A DNA stretch of 64,000 nt from the NCBI RefSeq assembly GCF_006345805.1, contig NC_043006.1, positions 83,390,001 through 83,454,000 of the forward strand, given 5' to 3'. The translations under genes were made by a program, and so were the position numbers. The notes below the pieces were generated by a model. It saw nothing but the letters and a program-made list of their open reading frames with translations. It had not been told where the DNA came from and ran no database searches. The stretch is from Octopus sinensis (Eukaryota). Positions 53,360 to 64,000 of this stretch are shown in pieces (positions within the stretch are counted from its first letter, which is position 1; each line of letters opens with the position of its first letter).

Positions 53360-55049
53360 ATACTTAGTATGCAGAGGTACATCACCACGACCAGAAATCA
53401 CACGAGATTCAAACAGAAAAGACGCCATATCGAAAACGAAACGGATCAAAATCCCGAAAAAGGAAGTGCGTCGCGAGACTTACAGACGGTTTCGTATCAG
53501 TGAACAGTTGACGAAGGATATCGGTACACAGACATCTCCAGGCGGAGAACAGGAGCTGAGCCAAACGAGAAGAGCACGTCTAGCGAGAGAGCGAGGAGAA
53601 GCCGGAGGAGACGGTGGGGGAGGGGGAGGAGGCGGTGGGGGAGGAGGAGGGGGAGGCGGAGGAGGCAGAAGAGGACTGAGAGGCAGTGGTTGTGACGAAG
53701 AAGGTGGAGGACGAGGTAAAGAAGAAGGGGGAGGCCGCGGCAAAGAAGATAAATTCTCAAAATTCAGAAACAGATTCGAAAAAGCCGCGAACAAACCTCT
53801 CGGAGAAATGGGATCAGGAATAACAAACAATGAAACAGGTGGTAGCGGACACAACAGAAGAAATTACAGAGATTCGCCGCCAGATGGAACGATAAGTGAC
53901 GCGCCGTCAGAAAGAACGTGGAGGAAAGCAGTTTATGGTGATGCTCCACCCCCGTCTCGTTCATCTAGGAGGCGAGGAGATGAATTTGAATCGGAACTAA
54001 GTGCCTTTGAAGACGATGGTGCTCCAAGCAAATGGAGATATGGTCCAAGAACAAGTACTCCAAATCCTAATCCTATACAGGAACACGAATATGAAGAGTC
54101 TAGGAGTTCTCGGAAAGAACGACGATCCCAAGGGGGAAGCAGAGACGGTAAACCCGGTTTTAGCCGGTCGTCTTCGCGAGATAGCATGCTGGATGACAAA
54201 CCTAGAAGACGTCGCCATGGTAGCAAAGAAAGACAACCAGAAGGTGCCTTAAAATCAGAAAATTCGTCGCTAACCCCAGAGAACCTTTCTTTAAGGGATA
54301 GCATTGAAAAAGTTGAACACTGGAAACAAAATCTCCTCACAGAACCTCACAGACATCCTGGCGTTGGTGCTGAGAAAAATCGCGATAATTATAACCGACA
54401 TCAAAGACCTGAACCTCGTGAAGTTTCACCTGAAAGAAGTGGCTCCCGATGGAAGCAAGACTCACGCTACAGTCGGCAAGAGTCACGTTCTGCAAGAGAA
54501 GATTCTCCATCATTTTCGCGGGATTCTTCGCCGAATCGCCGAAATAAATACCGTGCACACAAGCATTCGTCCAAAGGCAGTGAGATTGATTCCCTAGCTG
54601 AGAGGGACCAAAACCTACCCAATAAAGACTTCCGGAAATCAGACCTTAATAAAGCCAATGTAGAAGTAAATCAGAATGTATTCCGTAAAGTTGGAAAAGG
54701 TTCTGGCAGTTCTTCAGATGCTTTCACAAGAGATGAATCACCGAATGCAAATATAAGAAGAAATGTGGCTCCATCACGACAAACTTCCAATGAGTCTGGT
54801 CGTCGTATTAGACGAGAAAATTCACGTGAAGATATAATCGATGATCGACAACCGCCTCACGGTGGATATCGACACCCGGGATCTAGACCTGGGGAAGGTT
54901 TTGAAGGTGCAAGCGATAGCGGTGGTTTTTCGCGTGAAGATTCGCCTAACCGCTACATGCGGGGTGGAAAGCCACCGCTACCAGGTAGAGCAAGTAGACA
55001 AAGCTCTGTAGAAGACATGTTGGATGAAAGAAGAGGCCCACAAAGACAG
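53360..55049 (+). CDS. Large internal exon D (RYLVCRGTSPRPE...KDIGTQT...polyGly...ERRGPQRQ), 1690 nt, phase 2-0
   Basis: ttttctcag acceptor (AG 53358-59) and CAG|GTAAGT donor at 55050. It is the coding part of track ORF 53250-55073. A duplicated EEGGGRGK differs only at synonymous sites. Confidence 0.93.
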
Positions 55050-55152
55050 GTAAGTCAAAACTATTTTCATTGAGCAAATTAAAAAATTTCTAATAATACT
55101 ATTACAGAAAACTCGTTACTAGTCTAAGTTCTCATAGAAGAAAAGAGAATAC

Positions 55153-55328
55153 CACTTTAGTGTACCGTTTTCCGCAGTATCCGTAGAAATGACCTGATTT
55201 GTGTTAAGATTAGGATTAAGGTTTAGGGTTAGAATTAGGGTTTCGGATTTGGGTTGGGATTAGAATAAAGTTTTAGGGTTAGGGTTAGGCTACACACTTA
55301 AGTGTAAATGGCCAGGTAATCTAAAGTG
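55153..55328. mobile_element. Small TIR element with a degenerate (TTAGGG)n core
   Basis: CACTTTAGTGTACC vs the reverse complement of GGTAATCTAAAGTG (12/14). Telomere-like repeats at about 55207-55288. Confidence 0.45.
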
Positions 55329-55428
55329 ATACCAAACAGAGCCTGTTTTATCATTGAAATTAATGGCTAAATTAAATTTGACTTTCCAATTAAAAGCTTA
55401 ATACTAGAATATTTTGTCAAAACATTTA

Positions 55429-55741
55429 TTTATTTATGCGCCCTTTTCAAGCCCAGCCAGGCTCATGGGCCCGGTTTCCCGGTTTCTGTGGCGTATGTGT
55501 TCCCCCGAGCTGGATGGGACGCCAGTCCATCGCAGCGTTACTCAAGAAACAGGAAGAAAGAGTTAGAGAAAGTTGGGACGAAAGAGTACAACAGGGGTCG
55601 CTACCACCTCCTGCCGGAGCCTCTTGGAGCTTTAGGTGTTTTAGCTCAATAAACACACACAACGCCCGGTCTGGGAATCGAAACCGTAATCCTCCGACCG
55701 CGAGTCCGCTGCCCTAAGCACTGAGCCATTGCGCCTCCACG
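55429..55741 (-). mobile_element. tRNA-derived SINE (family D, shares its 3' half with family C)
   Basis: 13-bp TSD GTCAAAACATTTA (55416-55428, 55742-55754), with A/B boxes on the minus strand. Confidence 0.88.
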
Positions 55742-57147
55742 GTCAAAACATTTAGAGAAAAATAATTAATACTTAGGACTAAGGTATTTTAAAAGGCATT
55801 TTAATGCTGTGAACGAACTGCTATTAAATTTCCTTACAATATAGAACCTTTAGTTAGCTATTCCATTTGGCTCTGGTTTTTGTAGTAGTGTCTAGTATGT
55901 ATATTAACATTATGTACTGTATGCATTTGTTTGGTTTAGTTAAGCATTGTTTGACGATGTTTGTCTCACCTTGGTACAAGTACAAGTTTCGATTAATTAA
56001 AATCACCGCGCTTGCTACATTAAGTTAGTGAATCTTCATATGTACGTGTTGCCCTCCTGGTAAAACATTCACTCGGTTAAATATACATGTTCAGTGAGAT
56101 TATGGTATTAACGACAGCTTTCGTCAGCAAAAATTATAATGATTTTCACTCCATTCATATCATTTCATATTGCAGAGCTGCGACTCTTCTCAGAAATGTC
56201 ACTAGAGTTGACAACGAGTGAGAGGGAAAACAATTAACAATTCATTTTTACGTCAATTTGCTGTCTTTCTATCGATTTAATTATTTAATACCTATTTAAT
56301 AATTTAAAGCGGATAAATATATATTACAGCTGTAAAAAGAGAGGAAAACGATTATGATATACAGCATATACACAGGCGCACTTATATACATACGTACATA
56401 CACATACGTGTGATATAGTAATAAAAATTAAGAATTGAACATACAATGAGATTTCTGTAGATTATTTCCCTGATTATATTATATCATGTCAACCATGAAT
56501 GAAATTAATACAATAAGCTAGTTTGAATAAACCCACTTCTTTTAGTAGTGAAAGTACTTGAACTGGGGTTGACGTGCCAAGTGGATATTCCAACTATTTC
56601 GACTTTCGATGTGGATCCAGTGTTGTACCTTATGTCTGTATTGAATCTAAGAGATGCTCTTTCGTTCTTCTTCTCATTTCGTAACTGAAGTTTTTTTTAA
56701 TATATTCTGTCCGAGGCTATATTTCGAGAAATATTGATGAATATATGTATTTACAATCTGGATTTTAAAACAAACGTTTCGATTTCAACTTTTTTTCTTT
56801 TTCTGTGTGTTTTCGATATAAATCTATTATTTTAATTCACAAAGATTTCTTTGAAAACAAAATCGAATCCAGACATAAATTTATGTCCGCACTGATCCAT
56901 TAATATTTCGTAATGTCAAAGCTATTTTTTTTTTCGTATGAATTAAAATTTAATTTTCGTAAAGAGATGAAATAAAATATCTATATGAGAACTCAGTTTT
57001 TTTCATTTCATCTCAACTTTCGTTACAATTTTAGCTTTTTAGGGATAAATTTCCTGCATGAAAATGGGTAAAAGTGTATATCTTGTCATTAGCAGACAAA
57101 AATATTACTGGAATAAGCCATTTATGTTGGACTCTTCTAATTCGAAG

Positions 57148-57597
57148 GTTTCTCAAGACAGAAGTGACAAACGCAAAGGAACATCAACAGCAAATGGCAC
57201 GGCAACGAACAACACAGAATCGACAACTGTTCCACAACAACAAAAGCCCAAACCGCGGGCTTTTGACATTTTCAACAAGAAAGTCAACGATGAACAACAA
57301 GTACAAGAACCAGCTAAGAAAGATCATCGCTCGGCTAATCGCAACGAACAGACTTCTGCCGGTAAAATGAAGCACGGTCCTTTGAAAGGTGAAGTTTCTT
57401 CAACTTCTGAAGCTATGTGGAGCAAATTACAGCGAAGGAAAGGAGATGTCACTGTCAGGGACATTCTTGATATCTGTGAAAAAGCTCGGAAACCAAAGGT
57501 CATTCGTGTACCCGGATGGGACGGTGATGACACAAAATTCCAAGGTTACCAAACTTTGGATGAAATGCTGGACTCTTTTGCAATTGATGTTCCTAAG
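57148..57597 (+). CDS. Internal exon E (VSQDRSDKRKG...AMWSKLQRRKGDVTVRDILDICEKARKPKVIRVPG...FQGYQTLDEMLDSFAIDVPK), phase 0-0; 5' boundary tentative
   Basis: Within track ORF 57058-57702, with a strong AAG|GTAAGT donor at 57598. The phase-0 acceptor ttctaattcgaag (AG 57146-47) gives RQ|VSQD, matching RQxS motifs in exons C/D. Alternative acceptors exist at 57092/57095 (phase 2) and 57117 (phase 0). Confidence 0.8.
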
Positions 57598-57723
57598 GTA
57601 AGTCAACATTATCTCATTTCGTTACTTCTATCCCTATTCGATATTGAGTATGAAATTATTTTGAAGATAGAAAAACCTTGTGAATTCTTACACCAAAAAT
57701 AAGGACTGGAGATTTATTCCTTG

Positions 57724-58093
57724 ACTAGCACTATGACCCGGCAACGCCGAGTCATAGTGCTAGTGCATGCATATACAGCTGCGTGCGTGCGTGCTCACAT
57801 ACACGCGAGTACTGTCCAAATCTCCGACCAATCACATACAGCTAGCTGGCATTCAATTGGCGTATCAAGTTTCGGGCATTTTGATTGGGTTTTGGATAGA
57901 AAATTCACAAAAAAGCCACTTCTATTGATTTTGTAATGGCTTTGCGGGGTGACTGGGGAAATGTAAAGATGTGCACGACCACCCTTGGACGGTTTTGAAT
58001 AACCATAGAAAGTGCGAGCCCTCTAACTGAAAAATTGTGGATTTGTATAAAGGATACACACACAGACATTTTGCCGTTTATATATAGAGAGAT
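57724..58093 (+). mobile_element. Non-autonomous Helitron-like element with 5' hairpin
   Basis: ACTAGCACTATGAC...GTCATAGTGCTAGT 14-bp palindromic stem (57724-57764); 3' end shared with 28006-28391. Confidence 0.55.
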
Positions 58094-58338
58094 TATTATT
58101 ATAAGATGGAGCATCAGACGCATTTCCTCGGCTGCATTTCATTTTTTATCAATTTAAACTTCGGAATTCTCTCCCTTACACATTTTTCTTATTTTGACGA
58201 ACATTTTCGCTAATGCTGACTTTTCTTTTCATTACAGTAGCATGTAATTGTAATTGCTTAAAAATTCTTCTTGTACCTTAAGTGTTATATGGCCACAATT
58301 CGCTACAGATTTCAGTATCGTTCTGTATGTGTATACAT

Positions 58339-58415
<77 letters not shown>

Positions 58416-58500
58416 TATATATAAACATGTATGTATATGTCTATATTGAGACGAATGGCAATTAGAAGTTCATTTGACACTCTGTTCCACTGTTCCTTTC

Positions 58501-58542
<42 letters not shown>

Positions 58543-60339
58543 GTTACATCCATTTTATCACGCTAATCTGACATTGTTTTCAACTGTTAATCTTTTTTAA
58601 GCTGTTTTTTTTCTTTACTAATTTCCAAACAAAAAAATTTTTTTCCCCACCGCCGTCGTCTCCTCACTCCTATTTTGTTGGCGGTCGCTTGACCTAGTAG
58701 AAATAGCAGCAACATTTAGATCAAATATCACGCTACCATCACAAAGAACACGTTGGGGACACTCTATGCCTGAAGAAAAAAATAAATAAATAAATGAAAA
58801 CATGATGAGACGGTCACGGCTGGAATACCTTTGACCATACGTCTACCAGCACAGGGATGAGCGAGCAATTAACATCAATATCAGTAATGCTATCACGACT
58901 ATCATGCTTAAATTCGATATTGACCCTCGGCAGCAAAAACAGAATCGACAGCACTAGCAGGATCTGAGGATTGAAACTAAATGCTGGGAAATACTAATTG
59001 GATGTGCAATCGAAGTTTTTACTTCTTTTGACACAGATATCGATAAATACTTCAAAAAATAAAGTAAAACTTGGTATTTTTCATCAGTTTCCTTTATTGT
59101 AATTTCCGTACTGGTTCCGCTTTAATCTGGGAACACTAAATTCCCAATCTCTCTCCCTCTCTCCCTCTTTCTCTCTCTCTCTCCCTCTCTATCTATCTAT
59201 CTCTTTTTCTCTCTTTCTCTGTCTCTCTCTTTTTCTCTGTCCCTTTTTCTCACACTTTCTCTCTCGCACAAACTCACAATAGCACGCGTTATCTCTCTTT
59301 CTTCCTTTCTCATACAGAGGTTCTCTCTATTTCTCTTTTTCTTTCCCTTTCTCTTACATGCCCATACACAATAACACACATCACACACAATTGCCCTAAT
59401 GCTGCCATTGTAACAACGCGCTAATTCTCGCTGACGGCTAAATTCGAATGGTTTTCAACCTTGTTAAATAATAACTTCCCCTATTGTCAAATAATTACAA
59501 TAAAACGAGAGAGAGAGAGAGAGAGAGAGAAGGAGCTGTCTTTATTATGCATTAATCAACCTTGAATTATTCAGTAGGCTGATTAAGCGCAAAAAAAATC
59601 TCCCACCATCTTTTCCTTTCATAGATTCATTTTGCTAACAATGTATATTAGTTTCCTACTAAATGTACCCTAAATTTTGTAACAAAAATTATAAGCCTAG
59701 CTTTTTTTTATTTTTTATCATTCTTTTTTTTTTAATCGTTACTTCCTCAATATCGTGAGAATCTATGCGATCATTTCTAAATATAAACTAGCACATAATC
59801 CTTTTAACCCCTTCAACTGCTGCTAAAACAAGCGAATCGCCAGAACAGTTACAACGTAGGACAAATTGCATTACAAAATGCTAAACGGCATTTCGTCCGT
59901 CTTTACGTTTCTGAGTTCAAATGCCAACGAGGTCAACTTTGCCTTTCATCCTTTCGGGGTCGATAAAATAAGTACTGCAGCATGTCTGTACTAGCGTTAG
60001 TAAAAACATACATTTTTAATCTCAAGGTAGGCTCAAACGACACTGTAAGGTTTACAGCTCTACTACGTCCGACTATCACTTACATAATGTGGCTGCTGCC
60101 ATGTTTAATTGAGTTCTTTTCACTTCGTTTCTCTAAGGACTCCCGGTTTGAGGATACTTACCACTCGTTATCCCACCAATCTCAGAAGCCCTGTAAATAC
60201 ATAAAGGATTCAGACTAAACGGGGGTAAAATATCATATACCTGATTATTCGTCGTTCTAGAAACATTAGTTAAATAAATCTCCCTCAACTTACATTCTAT
60301 TGTCTCACGAAGAAAGATAACATTGGGTAATATAAAATT

Positions 60340-60548
60340 AGTTTCAAATTTTGACACAAGGCCAGTAATTTTAGGGGAGGGAGAAGATGATTACATCGAC
60401 CTCAGTACTTAACTGGTACTTATTTTATCGACCCAGAAAGCATGAAAGAGAAACCTCACCGCGGTGAAATTTGAACTCGGAACTTAAAGACGGACGAAAT
60501 GCCACTAAGTATTTTGTCTGGTGTGATAACGATTTTATCAGCTCGCCG
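60340..60548 (-). mobile_element. SINE family B, diverged (inverted partner at 59850-59980)
   Basis: Reverse-complement match with tail 2. Confidence 0.75.
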
Positions 60549-61747
60549 TCTTGCATTGTATGATGTAATATTATTAAATAAAATTGATGGTCACCAATGG
60601 AACGGGTATAGTCATAAGTTTGCTCGATGAGCTGAGAGTCAGACAACAACAATGACTCCAATTAAGGCGATTCAATGAGGAACCCTGTATGTTCGCTGAG
60701 TAAGAGAATAGGGTGGATTATCATACGGCTATGGGCAAATTTTCACCCTTATTTATATTTGAGACCGTAATTGATTTTTATCCCTAAGAATCCATAAGTA
60801 GTAAATAGATTGAGTCTTGAAACCCAGACTCAGACAATAATTTAATCTAAGTTACAATATTTGTTAGTTAGTGGAATTGATGTTAAAATTTAACCATATT
60901 CATCCTGCTATATACCCTGCTCTATGTGGGCACTCAATTCGCTAGAAATAACAACCAACTCCAGTCGCGTGACAAGCTACATGCACACACACACACACAC
61001 ACACACACACAACTGTGTTCAGCACAGAATATTATATATTGCAATTCTCCACTTGGTAGTCTAAAGATTATATATACAATGGCTCGCCACTGAAAATAAA
61101 AATTCTGAGTGACTACCCCACTGGGAATCGAAACCCGGTTTCTTTGTAGCAAGTGAGGATACTACCATTATACTACCTAGGTCCAAACTGAAGAGCTCAC
61201 CTATCCCACTGGGGACCTCGGTGGGATAGGTTAGGACCATGGTTCAGTATAACAACGCTCGTAAGTATCCAAGGGAGACAAATAGTCACAAATTAAGTTT
61301 CAAGGGAGAAGACTCTTAGATATATTTTACAGAATAGTTCCGTAACAGTGTATTCTAGTATCAATTTCAGTGTGTATACTAAGATAATAATTAGTTCCTG
61401 TAAAGTTACGCCCTGAAGATTTCATTCTCATGTTGCGATTTGAAATTTGTCTATTTTCTGGTGTTAATGTCTTGTCTTAGGGAACCGTATTTAAATTATT
61501 TAAGAAAACCAACCGAGCAATTTGATGAAAATTCCTTTAGGGTCTTCCACTATGTCTAACTAAGAATTGCCCTTTAATTAAACATACCGATTCTTATGTC
61601 CAAATCTGTTGGCCGAAATAATGAGGATAGATGACAATTAGTGAAAAAAAATCAGCAGTCAGAATGCGCGAAAAGAAAATCTTTATCTTTTTTTTTCCTG
61701 TTTGTACCAGCGAAACAAAAATGAAAGAAACACTATTTTTATAAACA

Positions 61748-62015
61748 AAACATTTATTCACGCTGAGAGTTGCTGAAGTATGGAACAAACTGCCAGCATC
61801 AGTTGTTAGTTGTTGGAGCACTGCATCCTTCAAAACTTCCATGCTTCCTGAGATTCGCCAACACTACACCTGATTTTCTCCCCTCCATACACACGCAAGC
61901 ATGTATCAGACTCATATACTGTTCGCTTTCCAGACATTTGTACATTACTGCATATACTTTATACACACTTTTGACAAGTTGTGGTGCACCCGAGCACTGT
62001 ATACAATAATTATTA
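61748..62015 (+). mobile_element. CR1/L2-type LINE 3' end
   Basis: KHLFTLRVAEVWNKLPASVVSCWSTASFKTSMLPEIRQHYT* (FxxRVxxxWNxLP motif), then a UTR ending in (TTA)n. Confidence 0.7.
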
Positions 62016-62470
62016 TTATTATTTTATTTTATTTTTACTTGTTTCGGTCGTTAAACTGCGGCCATGCTGAGCCTTAGAGAATTTTAGTCCAACAAATCGA
62101 CCCTATTTCTCGTTTTTAAGCTTGATATTTACTCTATCGGTGTCTTCTGCCGAAGCTCAAAATTATAGGGACGTAGCCATACCAACAACGGTTGTCAATC
62201 AGTGGTGGTGGTGGTGGTAGGAGCAAACACGGACACGTCACCCCCCCCCCAAAAAAAAAAACAATGTTCTCATCTCCTAAACAAAACCCGCCGAAAAGTA
62301 TGTTTTATATAAATGAACAAGCTGTTTGTACATTCACAAAATTCTATTTGACAAGTTCGAGAAACGAACGAAAACGCTATAATAATAATGAAGAAATAAT
62401 AAGATCTTTTTCCTAAATTCTGATTACTTTTTTTCTCAATATTCAATTTCTATACATCACACCTAACACT

Positions 62471-62521
<51 letters not shown>

Positions 62522-62576
62522 TATATATATGTATATATATATGCAGCACACACATACATACACTCACACACACGCA

Positions 62577-62613
<37 letters not shown>

Positions 62614-63512
62614 ATGCTATGTACGTATATGTATGTGTTTATATGTGAGTGTGTATATATATTTGTAAATATATATGTATACATACAAAGCTTATATAAA
62701 AAAGTTATTTTTTATCAAACATAACTAACACGGGAACTCTTTGATACCACCTCGTATATATGTATGTATATTTACATGTACATATGTAACAGAACAGACC
62801 AGACTATCAAGTTTTATATACCATTGGCCACAATGCTCTTCTTTGCATTGTTGTAGCTTTCAAATTATGCCACACCGCTGGCGTAAAAGTCACCAAGTCC
62901 ACAACACTCTTCCATAAACTGGATGCCAGTCCATTGGCGTTGACTCAGACAACATGACATGAAATGCTTAGCTGAAGAACACAATGGAACACAATGCACT
63001 TCCCAGTTAGAGGACTGAAACTGCGATCTTGAGTGCAATTATGAGTGCAACAACTTACCTCCAGGCCATGTTCCTTCACGTATATGTATATATGTGTACA
63101 TGTTTATATGTATATATGTATGCATAATATATGTGTGTGTGCGTGTGTACAGATGCGTGTGTATGGACGTTAAATGATGATGATGATGATATATATATCT
63201 ACCCATCTGTCTGTCTCTCTGCCTATATTTATGTATCTATCTGTTTCCTTCTATTTTTATGTATGAATGCAATCAATGCTTTGTGCCTGACCTAAAATGT
63301 TGTAAGATCTATTTGTGATTCCAAATCACTTGACTATAATCTCCACCATTAGTAACTCACAGGAAAAGATCTCCTCCTTTTGAACTTCACGGTTTATCTT
63401 TCATATTATGAAATTGCAACTGTTTACGATGACATTGGCTGCGGACAGACAGACGGACGGACGGACGGACGGACGGACGGACGGACGGACAGACGGACGG
63501 ACGGACGGACGG

Positions 63513-63553
<41 letters not shown>

Positions 63554-63586
63554 TAGATAGATAGACAGACAGATAGACAGAGAGAT

Positions 63587-63617
<31 letters not shown>

Positions 63618-63638
63618 TAGATAGATAGATAGATAGAT

Positions 63639-63681
<43 letters not shown>

Positions 63682-64000
63682 TTGTGTATGTTTGCATATT
63701 TCCATGAAACAGTTCTATTCTGGTGGTTATTGCATTCACTGATATGAATGAATTGTTCTAATCTCATTTAAAAACTTACAAATCAGATTATCTCAATTAG
63801 GCAATTTCATAAGCATTTATTTACTTATTCACCTGGCTGATTGCAATTTCATATGTACTCACACATACACAGACTTACATGTCACATGTACTTACTCAAC
63901 TCACACACACACTTACATGTCATACATATACACACACACACACATATGCAGATATCAACATTTTTTATCTCTTAGATTTTCTAGTGCAAATGTACGTATG

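Noticed and set aside
57058-57095. ATG 57058 as a gene start, and the ORF tail 57598-57702
   Set aside because: The upstream exons splice in and a consensus GTAAGT donor ends the exon at 57597, so the flanks look intronic.
57598-64000. Further exons of the gene
   Set aside because: No open, splice-bounded segment with matching composition was found; the gene probably continues beyond the window.

Overview
Eukaryotic, AT-rich, repeat-saturated genomic DNA. The SINE families and microsatellite load point to an octopod cephalopod (Octopus-like; inference from recalled repeat families). One + strand protein-coding gene crosses the window. Five exons (1301-1354, 38083-38498, 52554-52904, 53360-55049, 57148-57597) splice GT-AG in frame (intron phases 0,2,2,0) into a 987-codon, stop-free, Ser/Arg/Gly/Tyr-rich low-complexity internal part of a protein I cannot name. 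Neither start nor stop is in the window, and the acceptor of the last exon is the least certain. The introns (36.7 kb, 14 kb, 455 bp, 2.1 kb) hold at least four tRNA-derived SINE families, several with clear TSDs. They also hold R4/Dong-, RTE- and CR1-type LINE fragments, hAT/Tigger/Helitron-like non-autonomous DNA elements, many microsatellites and a 100-N gap. Almost all entries in the ORF track are microsatellite artefacts. Most interesting: (1) a set of minimal hammerhead-ribozyme motifs of the Penelope-associated type, one structurally complete (13413-13454, minus strand) and several on the sense strand of the host pre-mRNA; (2) R4/Dong-like LINE ends embedded in (TACA)n arrays, suggesting microsatellite targeting; (3) a SINE that inserts as a monomer or as a head-to-tail multimer within one TSD; (4) a candidate old nad5 NUMT; (5) candidate alternative exons/promoters.
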